Shown here piece by piece: positions 11,708 to 26,239 of a stretch of 64,000 bases of DNA. A program made the position numbers and the translations under genes. Location of the stretch: NCBI GenBank assembly GCA_951406725.2, contig OX597822.1, forward strand, positions 69,626,001-69,690,000, read 5' to 3'. The DNA comes from Octopus vulgaris (taxonomy: Eukaryota). The number at the start of each line of letters is the position of its first letter. Within the stretch, counting starts at the first letter, position 1. The notes beneath the pieces are model-generated. The model did not search any database and was not told the origin of the DNA. It worked only from the letters and a program-made list of their open reading frames with translations.

Positions 11708-13599
11708 GAATGACCCTCCTGAAGCACAACAAAATATGTTTCAACATATGAGTTCACATCAAGAACCTTGCAAACCAAATACGAAAGCAAGATATCGACA
11801 AATAACTTTTAAAATCACCACCACTGCCATAAGTGAATCTGTTACTTGCAATAGACTGGCATCCCATTCAGGGTAGTATATCTCAACTTTATAAAAGAAA
11901 AAAAGCACAGTGTAAAGATGATCTGGAAAGCTTTCTGGGTTGTGGAAAGGAAATAAGTATTACTGTCTTGTTCTAATAAATTTACCATTATTTTACTTTA
12001 TCATTATCCGATTTTATATATCTCTGATATCACAGCTGTCAAGATTGTTAAGGGTTATCAATGAAGGTAGCTCGGAAGTGGAATATCTCACAGAAGCAAC
12101 TATTTTCGTCAGCAACAAATGGGAATCAATTCCAGTCAGTGAAAAGCAAGAAGTTCGAAATGACACGTTACAAAAGCTTCGCAAATTTTATCCCAATCTA
12201 CAGGATGAACAGCTCATTTGTCTTTCCGTCAGCAATGTAAGTTATTAGTTTTTCTATTTCACTCTGGTCAATTTCAGGAAAATTCCTGAGTGATTCTTCA
12301 AACATAACAAGTCATCGAATATATTAGTTTCTGACGATCCTTATTACAGAGTGAAAGGATTGTCTCCTGTTTAAAAGAAATAAATCTGTTCAAATGTAAT
12401 TGTTTGCTTGACAGCTATCTATGTAACCTGTATAGAGTTCTTGATTTTACTCTCCTTACATATTCAATTATAAATAATACATATGTTTATGCAAGCATTA
12501 GTACATGTATGTGTATATGTAAGTGTATGTGCATGTGACAGAAAAAATGTGTGTGTGCGTGTATGTATGTGTATGCATGTGAAGTTGAGGTTCACTCCAT
12601 TGGCACTCTGAGTTTCTTATCACAATTACACACACTATGATGAATGTAACTCAATTTAAAATTATAAATTTGCAAAGTTATAAATTACAACCTCCCCTAT
12701 CCTTAAATTCTAATTTCCACCCCTAAAGTTTATATTACTTATCTCTTTTGGTTTTTCCTTATATTTCCCTTTATTTGATAATCCAAATAAGTATTGGCCA
12801 CCCCATCCTTCTTTCTTCCAGTTCCCACCCCTTCCCCTTCAGACGTTTTCTTACTACCAGCCTTGCAACCTACCCTTTTATGTAGATAAAGCCAGATATA
12901 TGGTTCCAGTACATTGGAGGTCTTGTAGATTGTCTGACATTAATTGATTTATCATCATTAATTAGAACACAGTTGACAAATCCCAATGGGCTTAATTTCT
13001 AAATGGTTAAAGACTGCATACTACATAAAGTCTTCTAAATATAAGTAACTATGTCATCACTCTTTTTATGTTGACCTACCCCCACCATTCCCTCTGCTAC
13101 TCTTTAAATTATTGTAGGCTTAACAAGGTATGCATTATTTTCTAAACACAATCTGCCTCAGTTATGACAAAAGGAAACAATGTAAATATTTTGGTTTCCT
13201 TTATTGATGTAAATTTGTTTTAAAAAAATCTATGCATTCATCTGATGCGATTGTTTTCTTTCAAATTGATGTAATGTTTTCGTTAATCAATGAAATGGAG
13301 CTGCTTGAAACGGCTGTAAGGAATTGACTCCTGTACACCTTTATTACTTATTTATATTCTGTTCACCTAACTTGGAATCATCACTTTGGAAATACTATAG
13401 AAAGTACCTTTATAAAAAGTACATGTCTGAATTACCAAGAATGGATATCTTCACTTAGCTGGGTTGTGTTGTCTGCACACATAACAATATTGGGTACAAA
13501 CACCCCTTGATATTCAGTATTCAAATAATATTGTTGGGGTGTGCAGATTATACCGAACTAGCAAGGTGCCTCAATTTAAGTACCTAATTCAACTGAATC

Positions 13600-13669
<70 letters not shown>

Positions 13670-14910
13670 GCGTGCGTGCATGTGTGTATGTATGTATGTA
13701 TGTATGTAATTTGTTGCTACATCTCTTCTGAAATGTAGCAGAGATTAAACATTACACTATACAACATATTAAATTTTAATATGTTTTGTCATGTTAACAT
13801 AGACTTGTTGTGGATATATATTGGGTTGGCCGGAAAGTCCGTGCCAATTTATAGTAGCTTACCTTTCAACTTACCCTCCCAGGCACCTCAATTCTGGGAA
13901 GAGAGTATTTTCAAGTTAAAGGAAAGATTGTGCAACAAAGTGGTTCATATTTGATTGATTAAAAATGTAATGGCAAGTATTTATTGACTTTTTTCTTTCC
14001 TTTAAAAATTGGCACGAACTTTCCAGACACCCCAATATTTTTGTATTTGCTAAAATAACTATTCGAGCACATTTCTTTATATAGTGGAATCTTGGTTTAT
14101 GAGAACAATTTTCTGAATATAAAACAACTTGGATGACAAACAGTGTCTCGAGTAACAAACATACAAGCCAGCAACAATGGTTGGCGACAAGCTGGGAATA
14201 TCAACGGGAAAGTGTCAGTTGCTGTCTTGCTCAGAGCACATCCCAATATGAATTCCGTCTGCCTTCTTTTCAATTACCAATGGGGAAAATAGTTTCGGTT
14301 TATGAGCATTTCGGGTAACAAACTGCCTACAGAGACGAGATAAATTCATAAACTGAATTGGGAAGAAAAATTATTCTCTGGTGCTTAATAAGTGGTTAGT
14401 CCCACTATTGTTGGGATTAACAAAGAAACTTTATACCATTTGCATTAAACCGATTTGCATGCCTCTATAGCTTATGAGTAAGATGATGTTAACTGTTGGT
14501 TTTATTTTTGTTGTTTTTCTTTTGATGTTTAGCTTACCAAGTTACAAGACGAACAACCACCAGCCGAACTGCAGTTTTTCTATACAGCCATGAAAACATT
14601 AATTCCAGCTACAATGAAAAACAAAATCCTTAGAAGTTACAAGTAAATATTATATACATATGTTCTTTTATTCTTTTTTCTTTTACTGTATATTTTTTAT
14701 TTTTAATACTTTTTTTCCTTATCCATTGACATCACCATTAGTTGAATGCAGCAATGTCTTACATTATATTTCCTTTAAGTGTTCTTTTTGTAGACGTTTG
14801 TGTACTGGTAATATTTCGGATGTTCAATTCGAATTTCATTAATTTTGGATTTCATTGATAACATTATGTTAACATATATTTTTGGAAATATTAATATTAA
14901 TTTTAATGAT

Positions 14911-14947
<37 letters not shown>

Positions 14948-16626
14948 AAATGTATGTATGTATATAAGCATGCAGATTTATATGTTTTGATTTATGTATG
15001 TCTTCTTATGCACATACTTGCATATCTAGACATGCTCATATATATTTAAATGATAAATTTCTGGAAAGTTTTACAAATTTCTACAATTCCAGTGATGGCT
15101 TGGATTTGTAGTCTTCAAACCAGCTTTCTCCTTTCTGGTTTTGAGAAGCCTAATTTCTCAAGATTGATATTTAGGCAGTGTGTTACATATCAGAGTACCC
15201 CAATAATTTTAGGTATAATCCTGAACTTGTAATCTGGATAGAGTAACTGCAGATTTTTCAATAGTTCAGCATAGGTTTCTCTTTTTCACTGATCTTCAGC
15301 TTTATGTTAACATCCGCTGGTTAGTTGATTTCCACAAATATAGTTTCTCTTCTCTATTCCAAATATTTATACCAGGTCTATTGTGTTTACATTTTATTGC
15401 AGTTTTCACTGGGATATTCCACCAGTATTCCTTTTTATTATGAGGGACTATGGCATCTACCATACTGTGGATTATTTCTTTGTTCTTAGAGTTATCCTTT
15501 CAAAGGATCTCATTATACAGTGTCCTAGCTACATACCGTGATGACATTTTCGGATAACTGCTTATGATGCGGGTGATATCTTCAGTGTTAATTCCACAAA
15601 GTCTATATTGGTTGTCACATTTTACAGCTTTTTCTATATTTCTATCCCTTTTGTGCATCAGGGATTTGGTTGATATTTCCTGTTCCTGGATTGCAAATGC
15701 ATATGCTTCAAAGTGGGAGGTAGTAATCTGGTTGTTGGTCCATAATAGACTACTTTGATGATCAATGTTACTATCATCCTGGTGCTTTCTATTAACATAC
15801 CGTGCATGATCTTCTGCTCATGCACATTCATCTTGTCATCTGATGATATGTTGCGGAAGATTCGTGCGACTTCTTTGGGCATGCATTTAAGGTTATCAAA
15901 CAAGAAATGCTGCTCAAGGAGCTGCCATCCAAGTCTCAAGGAGCTGCCATCCATGAGGCTGATAACATCAGCCTCATGTAGACAAACGTTGTCAAGGGAT
16001 GCACTTTGACACTTGGTGATTAAAAGATGCTGTCGAAAGAATGTGAAATGGCATTCAAAGACAGTTTGGATTGATGTTAAGCCTTTGTCGCTTTGTTTTC
16101 ATTTTAGGTAGAGGCAGTCTACGACACTGTTGATGTAGAAATTATGTGTGTATATTTTTCGGGTTTTCACATCAATGGCTCAGATCTCATCAAGCATCCA
16201 GTCTAGCAGTCCAAATGTTGGTATCAGTATTGGCACTGCAAACACATTGTGGGCCACTGATTTATTGAATGCAGAGAGTTCTGCAGTCCAAATTTTCTTT
16301 ATTTGGCTATAATATTCTTTAGTGACATGTATTTTGTTACAGGTGCCATTGTAAGATATGTTTTCATCCACCCCTAGATACCTGTAACATTCTTCATCAG
16401 ATATAAGGGAAACAGTTATGTCATTGATGGAGATGTTGCTAGTCTGGTTTACAGTTTTCTCTCTTTTCACAGCCATATAGCAACATTTATCTTAGTTAAA
16501 CTCCAACCCTATGTATGTATGTATGTATGTATGTATGTATGTATGTATGTATGTATGTATGTATGTATGTATGTATGCATGTATGCATGCATGCATGCAT
16601 GTATGTATGTATGTATGTATGTATGC

Positions 16627-16659
<33 letters not shown>

Positions 16660-19600
16660 TGTATGTATGTATGTATGTATGTATTTATGTGTGCATGTAT
16701 GTGTGTGTGTATGTGTGTATGTATGTACATTAATGCAATAGAAACAATTGTCAGCTTTATAAGGTGAAATCTTAATAAGGTGACATGTAATTTTCCCTAC
16801 AGGTATTTTTGTGTTATACACACACACACATGTTTATATATATATACACACACACACACACATATATACAGGGTGGCCCAAATGTAGGTTTACAGTCATC
16901 ATGTAGGTTCTTTAAATTTCTTTTAAAACATTTTATTACTTTTAAATTTCTATCCTACAAACTGAAAAGGGAGCTTGACAAAATTAACTAAATTAGCATA
17001 GAATAACAGTTTCGCATTTTTTTATAATTAAGATCTGAACTGTTAATATATGAATGCAAAAGAGATAGTTGAATAACTGTAAACCTACTTTTGGGCACCC
17101 TGTATGCATATACATATTTTGTTTCGATTTTGTGTAAATGTGTATAGAATAATATATAAGTTGAATAAAGTTAAAACTTAGTCTGGTTTACATGTTTTTT
17201 ATTATGGCATTTTAATAAAATTAGAACTTTCATACATAGTGTACTATGGTGAATACACTATGTAGGAAAGCACTTATTTTGTTAAAATACCATAACATGA
17301 AAACCAGACTATGTTTTAATTTTATTCAACTTATATATTATTTTATACATACATATATATATATATATATTAATTTCTACTTTTACTTATTTGAGTTATT
17401 AGACTGGAGCAATGCTGGGGCAATGCCTTAAAAGGCTTTAGTTAAACAAATTAATCCCAGTACTGTTGTAAATGGTACATTGTCATACCACCATTATTAG
17501 CCTAAAACATAAAGTTAGTCAAACTGGAGGCGACATATTGAACTAAAAATCTTTGAAATGTGATGCCCCTGGACAATCGCACTCCAATGTCTGAAGGCAG
17601 TAAAAAAATAAGAGAATTTACAGATATTTGCAGTCATTAACATTTTTATTTATTTATGCGCCCTTTTCAAGCCTAACCAGGCTCACAGGCCCGGTTTCCT
17701 GGTTTCTGTGGCGTATGTGTTCCCCCCAGCTGGACGGGATGCCAGTCTATTGCAGTGTTACTCAAGAAACAGGAAGAGAAAGTTGGGGTGAAAGAGTACA
17801 ACAGGGGTTGCCACCACCCACTGCCGGAGCCTCGTGGAGCTTTAGGTGTTTTCGCTCAATAAACACACACAATGCCTGGTCTGGGAATCGAAACTGCGAT
17901 CCTCTGACCACAAGTCCACTGCCCTAACCACTGGGTCATTGCAGCTCCACAAATAAATGTGCCCTTTTAAAGCCTAGCCAGGCTCATGGCCCCGGTTTCC
18001 TGGTTTCAATGGTGTATGTGTTCCCCAGCTGGACGGGACACCAGTCCATCGCAGCATTACTCATTATTGCCAGCTGAGTGGACTGGAGCAACGTGAAATG
18101 AAGTATTTTGCTCAAGAACACGTGTCACCCGGTCCAGGAATCAAAACCACAATCTTACGATCATGATGCTGACACCCTAACCACTAAGTCACGCGCCTCC
18201 ATAGTCATTAACATAGTTTCGTTATTTTTATTGTTGTTGCAATAATTATATTTAATATAATATAATAATCATTATTGTAATCACTATTATTGTTACTGTT
18301 TGCTTTAAGGTGGCTGAACAGTCTCTTGAAAAGATCAGTATATTCATTGAAAGTTAAAACTCATGCTGGAAATCGTAATTTAGTCGACAAATCTGAACTA
18401 TATTCTACATTACGAAGGAAGATTTCAACATTAGAAAAAAAATCTATCGCTTTTATTAATGAGATGCGAAATCAAATACAACAGGAGCTGGCCATAATCA
18501 AAGAAAAATTTATTTTGTATCTGAAAAGTGAAGCGGTAACAAGACTTCTTTTTTAATTTTTGATTAAAGTACTGAGTCTATGTATAAACACATATATTTT
18601 CAGGTTTCTCATCAGAATCAACAACAATAAAACTTCCTACATTATTACCTCTGCCTTAACGAAGGTGGAGGTATTGTTTTCAGGCATGTTTGTTTGTCCA
18701 TGGACAAGATATCTTTAGGAACTGCTGGATGGATTCAGATGGTGCTTTCAGAGATGTCTGGCCTCATGACTGGCACAAACTTATTAGGTTTTGAGATCGA
18801 TCCAGTACTGGGCAAGGATTTGGGGTTACTTTTCCTGTTATTTTACTTATATTTTTGAGAGCAGTCAGGTTCATTTTTTAGTATTCTCATTTGTGAGAGC
18901 AGTTGAGTTTATTTCAGATATTCTCATTTTAAAAATCATCTCCAGCTAATCGTTGAGAGGACATTGGTGTTGCCTTGGTGGAGGTTTGCATTCTCTGGGT
19001 GCTCTTTGCTTCTTTTGATATGAAGAAACCAGTACTAATATTCTCAAAAATGCAAGGCAGCAAGCAAGCAGAATAGTTAGCACGCCAGGCAAAATGCTTA
19101 GAGGTATTTTATCTGTCTTCATGTTGTGAGTTCAAATTCCTCCGAGGTTGACTTTGCCATTCATCCCCTCAGGGTCAATAAAGTGAGTACCTGCTGAAAA
19201 CTGGAATTGATGTAATCAACTAGACCCCAACCCCAAATTTGCTGGCCTTGTGCCAAAAATTTGAAATCAGTATTCTCAAAATTTAAGCAAGTTGATTTTG
19301 ATTGGCTTAAAACCATGAGGTAACATTTGAAACTACTTGCTAGCACATAGCACCTTCATATTCTTTATGCTTAAAGGTGGACCTAGGTTTATCAGGAAGT
19401 TTTTTCATTTAACATCACCAGCTGGCCCATGTGTCCCTTCGAGGAGTTCACTCTGTTGCAAACATTCAGGTCAGGTCTACTTCTACTAAATTCGTGGGAA
19501 AATATAGAATTAAACAAAAAAGAAACAGACAATAATCACACAACTCTAGATCAGTGATTCCCAAAGTGGGCAGTACTATCCCCTTGGAGGCAGTGGAAAG

Positions 19601-20956
19601 ATCCAGGGGGCGTTGAAGAAATGTGGAATGATAATGGGTGGCCGAAATGGGATGATAGATGTTAAAAAATATATTAATAGGTAAATTAGGTTTAAGATTT
19701 ATTTGTGAACTCCAGTTGTTTTGAATTTGCTGCAAAAATGGTCTATATATGTGGTAAGGAGGATGAGGGGGCACTAGGAATGGGGCTTGAGTGCCAAGGG
19801 GGATGTAGCATGAAAAAGTTTGGAAACTACTGCTCTAGGTAGATTTCAACCACTATAAAGTGTTATGGTTTACAAAAGCTACTGGTGCAATGATTCTAAT
19901 ATCCATAGACAATAGAAAATAAATAAGTCAATCTTGGAATTAATTGAAACCAGTATAAGCCAGTAATGATACTACCTGGCATTATCGTTCAACTCACAGA
20001 CTCATCCATCATTAAACAGTGTATAAAGTGACACAAATAGAGTACAGTTCAGTTTCAATGATACATTTTGATCACCTCAGGACAGGATCTATGAGTTGAA
20101 TGGAATCCCAACTGAATAAACAATCTATTATCTCGTAGTGATAAAAGACCAAATCTTTTTTTAGTTTTATTACATGGCTTGATCTTAGGTATATAATTTC
20201 TGATAGTGATAAATACACAGCTCTCTGTTTCGTATATTGTTAATCCATTCACATGGCAAAAAGGTTTGCTTACTAATATTGTATCTAAACCAGTTTTTTC
20301 AAAGTTCAAAACTAATCCTTTATTTGCCAGTTGATTCCACAAACACAGTAGGTAATACAATATTAAATCAACGAACTGCTACAGGTGGAAGAACTATATT
20401 AACCATCTTAATTCACACAAAAATTGTTACAATCACTTTTAATTTACTTCAAAAGGCACAAAAATATTAGTCAACCTACAGGGACCTGTTCACTGACGCT
20501 GATGTCAGATCAAGCCAACACATAGTTTTAGATCAAGTTACTTGCCACCCAAGTATAAACATCAACATATTGTTTCTTCATTGTTTGTCATTGGCTAATA
20601 AATTATACATCAATCTGAAGACAAAGTTTAAATCTGGAAAATATTCTCATCAGAAATGCCAGCATCGCCTTGAATGCCAGCACCGCCTTGAATGCCAGCG
20701 CTGCCTTTATGCCAGTGCCACCTTGACTGGCTTCCATGCCAGTGGCATGTAAAAAGCACCAACCGATCGTGGCCGTTGCCAGCCTCGCCTGGCACGTAAA
20801 AAGCACCCACTACACTCACGGAGTGGTTGGCATTAGGAAGGGCATCCAGTTGTAGAAACACTGCCAGATCAGACTGGAGCCTAGTGCAGCCTTCTGGCTT
20901 CTCAGACCCCAGTTGAACCGTCCAACCCATGCTAGCATGGAAAATGGATGTTAAAC

Positions 20957-20997
<41 letters not shown>

Positions 20998-23494
20998 GAA
21001 ATACCTGATTATGAATATCAAGAGCATTTTAAGAATGTTATAAGAATTATAAGAATGCTGAGTTGTTAGAATTGTATTTCCAAGTTTTGTGTTCCTCAAA
21101 AACTTTGTCATGATTTTGAATATGCTATTTAGTAGAAAATTCTTCCACTCAATATAATTTGCTCAAATACGCTCAATAAAATGAATTGCTTTTTTAACCT
21201 TGGAGCAAGTCCTTTTTATTGTAACTCTTTAAAACTTTATAATTTTCCAAATATATTTTAACTAACATAAAATTCATCCTTCTGTGTCCAGGTGAAAACA
21301 GAACTTACTAAATGGAGTTCATCTACTACTTTATCTGCTACTGCAAGCCATTGGCGGGAACTTGGTCAGCAAACTATTGATTTGGTTGGTGCTAAAGTCA
21401 TGAATTTGATCAATGACTGGGAAATGGAAGAAAACATTGTAAACAGCTTAAACACTCGTATGGTGGAGAAATTCAAGGATCGTTTCGACGAATTGGAAAT
21501 GCAGATATATCAGATTGAAAGTAAGGCTTTCGAAATTTTATTATTCTCTCTATCTCTCTGCCTTTTTCTTTCCCTCTATCTTTCTCAACACACACACACA
21601 CATATGTATATATATCATATCTCTTGTTTTAATATTCTGGTAGCATTAAGGTGGCGAGCTGGCAGAATTGTTAGCACGCTGGGTGAAATGCTTAGTGGTA
21701 TTTCGTCTGTCTTTACATTGAGTTCAAATTCCACCAAGGTCGACTTTGCCTTTCATCCTTTCAGGATCGATAAATTAGGTACCAGTTGCATACTGAGGTC
21801 GATCTAATCGACTGCCCCCCTCCTTAAAAAATTTGGGGCTTTGTGTCTAGAGTAGAAAAGAATATTCTGATAGCATATTCTTGAAAATAAAATATAGTGA
21901 TCCCTAGACCATGTAGAGCTACACACCCAATCGATGCTAATATTATTTTCTGAGTTACATATCAATGTAAACATGTCTGTTGGTATGCAATTTTATTTGT
22001 TTGGTCTGAAGAAAGAAGCTATGCCCATAGCCATCCCAGTCTGTCAGAGACAAGTGAAATCAACACAATGTTCCTCTTGAATAAATACAAGTTGATGGTT
22101 AGAAAAAAATATATAGACAATGAGGTAATTCCAGGGGTGGAGGCACCGTTCCGGTGGAAGGAGGACTGGACATATTGTGCAGTGGATTCAATATGAGTTA
22201 AGTGAGGAGCAGAAATGAGTGAATTGGGAGTGCCTGAGACACAAAACCAACTAGCTTCTGAATGAGGAAAAACAGAAAATACAGAGAGTATGTAGGCCAG
22301 AAGCTGGAGTTTGGCATGCAATGTATTCTACAATAGTCCAAAAGTCATGTGGAATATTAGCACACAATAATAATTTGTGGGGATGGTTATTTGCTTCTTG
22401 AGAGGTTCCGCCTAACTCTGTAGATCTTGTGAGATCCTAACTTATTCAATGTGTTAATCTTTATTCCTGTTGTTTAATCAGTGACTTCTGAATGAGTATA
22501 GGATACTCAGAGGGAAGATATCAATACTAAGCATCTTTTTTTTCCCACAGGTACATTAGCTGGAGACAAAGATGCGAGGAAGTTGCAGCAGTCTTTGAAG
22601 AAACCTTTCAAGCCAAAAGGAATCTCTAATATATTTCACAGGTAAATGACATTCATTGCTAAAAAATAACTGGGAGTATATTTGTATAAGTGGGGCCCCT
22701 TGGATATCTTCTATTATTGCACCAGATCAACCAAAGCCTTGTGAGGGATTAGGCATACATATGACGTGTGTATCAATGGTGTGCATTGACTTCTGAGGTT
22801 GGTCATGCAATAAATACTTATTGGTTGAGCCAAATTATTTTGAAATTATTTAACTGAAAGAACACATTTAGTTACATAATATGGCCATGGTTTTAGGCTG
22901 TTATGCTATCAAAGGCAAATCAGCTGCTTTATCAGGCTGCTTGCCAATTTTGAGAAAATAATTGACACTCACTTGAGCAGCCTGTTCTGATACTTGTTGA
23001 ACTTCGTACATTAAAAGACTACGTCTCGCACACACATGCACATGCGCATTGAACATATGAGCTGGCAGAAACGTTAGCGCGCCGGGTGAAATGCTTAGCA
23101 GTATTTCATCTATCATTACGTTCTGAGTTCAAATTCTGCCGAGGTCGACTTTGCCTTTCATCCTAACGGGGTCGATAAATAAAGTACCAGTTTCGCACTG
23201 GGGTCGATGTAATCGACTTAATCCCTTTGTTTGTCCCCTCTATGTTTAGCCCCTTGTGGGTAGTAAAGAAATATATACATAAACACACACCCAATGAAAG
23301 AGAGTGAAGGTTCAACAATGTAAAAATACCCTAAAAGCATTAAACAAAAACCTAGTGTCTCTCAGCATTTGTTGGGAGTAGCAAAGATGTGAAATATTGC
23401 AACATGCAACAGGAAAGGCATCCAGTTGTAGAAAATCTGCCCCAACAAATTCAGAATAACCCATGCAAGTATGGAAAAAAGGATGTTAAATGAC

Positions 23495-23531
<37 letters not shown>

Positions 23532-24432
23532 AAGGTGGCAGTGGTGAATAGAGCTCCACGTCGATTGTTATGACCTAGTTTGCTTCCACTATAGTGGGTT
23601 AGCAACTACTATACTTAGTACTATTACAAGTTATGATATACAGACAAATGTAGAAAAAAATTATGTTAAGCACAAATTTATATCATTTATTTGGAGTGAC
23701 TGTGTGGTAAGTAGCTTGCTTACCAGCCACATGGTTCTGGGTTTAGTCCCACTGCGTGGCACCTTGGGCAAGTGTCTTCTACTATAGCCTCGGGCCAACC
23801 AAAGCCTTGTGAGTGGATATGGTAGACAGAAACTGAAAGAAGCCCATCGTATATATGTATATATATATATGTGTGTATGTGTATGTATATGTTTCTGTAG
23901 CAAAAGGAACCGATAGAATAAGTACTAAGCTTACAAAGAATAAGTCCTGGGGTCGATTTGCTTGACTAAAGGCAGTGCTCCAGCATGGCCACAGTCAAAT
24001 GATTGAAACAAGTAAAAGAGTAAAGAGTAAAAGAGAGTCTTAAACATCACAAAATTCTTATTTCTCCAATCCTCTAAAATAGAGATTTTTGAGTTTGCTC
24101 AAATAGTATTTTATATTCATCAGATATATTTCACTTAAAAATACTTAGAGTGCACTGCTAATTAATTTAATCTAGTTTGATGTAACTCTTCACACACCAG
24201 CCAATGTGGCATTTGCTATTCTAATATAAGGGCAACCAATTGTTAGTGGCCAAGAGAGATGGCTCAATATACATAACTGATGAAGTATAACAATACAGAA
24301 ATACATGTTTTCTATGGTCCAGTGATGCCATTGATGGTCAAGAAGTGTTGTCTATGAGGACAACTTGCGCAGCGCATTGTCTTTTAATGTCCGGATGTAC
24401 ATGAACATGTTAAATATGACTGAGCTTAACTG

Positions 24433-24470
<38 letters not shown>

Positions 24471-25417
24471 GTTTAACATCCGCTTTCCATGCTGGCATGG
24501 GTTGGACAATTTGACTGAGGACTAGCAAACCAGATGGCTGCACCAGGCTCCAATCTGATCTGGCAGAGTTTCTACAGCTGGATGCCCTTCCTAACACCAA
24601 CCACTCCAAGAGTGTGGTGGGTGCTTTTACATGCCACCGGCACGAGTGCCAGTCAGGCAGTACTGGCAATGGCCATGCTCAAATGGTGTTTTTTACGTGC
24701 CACCTGCACAGGATCCAGTCCAGCGGCACTGGTGACAACCTCGCTCGAATGTTTTTTCATATGCCACCAGCACAAGTGCCAGTAAGGTGACGCAGGTAAC
24801 GATCATGCTCGAATGGTGTTTTTACGTGCCACCGGCACAGAGGCCAGCTTGTTGCTTTGGCAACAATAACACTCATATGGTACTCTTAGCGCTCCCCTAG
24901 CACAGATACCAGTCATCGAATTTGATTTCGATATAATTTATTTACTGTTTCTTATATGTCTTCTATGAATTTTTCACCTATTCTCTATTTTCTCTTTCTT
25001 TTTTTTCTTACAAAAGGGGAGGTGAGCACAACACTCAATCTTTCGCCACCGTTATTGGATTTAATATCAGTTCCTTAGGGCATGTGTCTCTTGAGAAGAA
25101 AGATATAAAAAAAAAATTAAAATCAATATTAGGTTCATCGAAACCTAAAACCAAAGAACTATTACAAGAAGTTTCAAAATATTATGTCCTTAGTATTATG
25201 GAACATGAGAAGCTACAAAATACACTGGCAAAGTTTTTCAACAAAATCTTTAGAGATATTGACATGCTTGGTTCCAGGCTTCCTGAATTTCTCAAAGCTG
25301 ATCAGGCTTTATTGGATAATATAGAACGAGAATTTATGAAGAATGAACAGGACATTTCAGAACGGTTGCCAGACTACATCACAGAAGGCAACAGGCTCCA
25401 AGGTTAGTATGTAAAGA

Positions 25418-25459
<42 letters not shown>

Positions 25460-26191
25460 ATGTGTGTGTGCAGGGCCAGTTTAAGACCCATAGAGGCCCT
25501 AAGCCCTTAAAAGATTTTAGTGCCCCCTTGTAGATGTAATTCAAAATATAATTTTTTTTTTCAAAATGAAATCTAACAGTAAGATGAAAAACAATGTTTA
25601 TTTTTGTACACTTCTATTTTATATTTGAAAAGTTTTCTATTTTAATTGAAAAGTCTTTCATCAGATCCTGATTATGACACCATCAACACTCTGAAATTTT
25701 ATTTCTAATGATATAAACCACTTTGAAAATTAGTTTACCAAGTGATATCTTTGGCTGTGTGGTAAAAAGCTTGCTTCACAACCACATAGTTCCCGGTTCA
25801 GTCTCACTGTGTGCCATCTTGAGTAAGTGTCTTCTAGTATAGCCTGGTGCTGACCAAACAAGGCCTAATGTTTTGTGGGAGTGAGTTAATCGATTACATA
25901 GACCCTAGTACTTAACAGGTACTTATTTTATTTGAACCTCAAAGTATGAAGGGCAAAGTCAGCCACATCGGAATATGAATTCAGAATGCATAACCAGAAG
26001 AAAGGCCTGAAATTTGGGAGTGGGGGATAATCAATTACATCGATTCCAGTGCATAACTGATACTTAATTTATCAACCACGAAAGTATAAAAAGCAAAGTC
26101 GGCCTCGGCAGAATTTGAACTCAGAACATAGCGGCAGACGAAATACTGCTAAGCATTTCACTCAACGTGCTAATGATCCTGCCAGCCTTTA

Positions 26192-26239
<48 letters not shown>

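Noticed and set aside
16492-16827. Overlapping MYVC/HTYI repeat ORFs (also 53000-55450 and 61000-61480)
   Set aside because: Stop-free frames in (TATG)n, (TA)n and (CA)n repeats.
22019-22470. Minus-strand ORF 22019-22321 and similar sequence at about 57940-58260
   Set aside because: Resembles heavily decayed CR1/L2-type LINE C-termini (NLYLFKRNI; LQKFKPKIN); too degraded to annotate and not a host exon.
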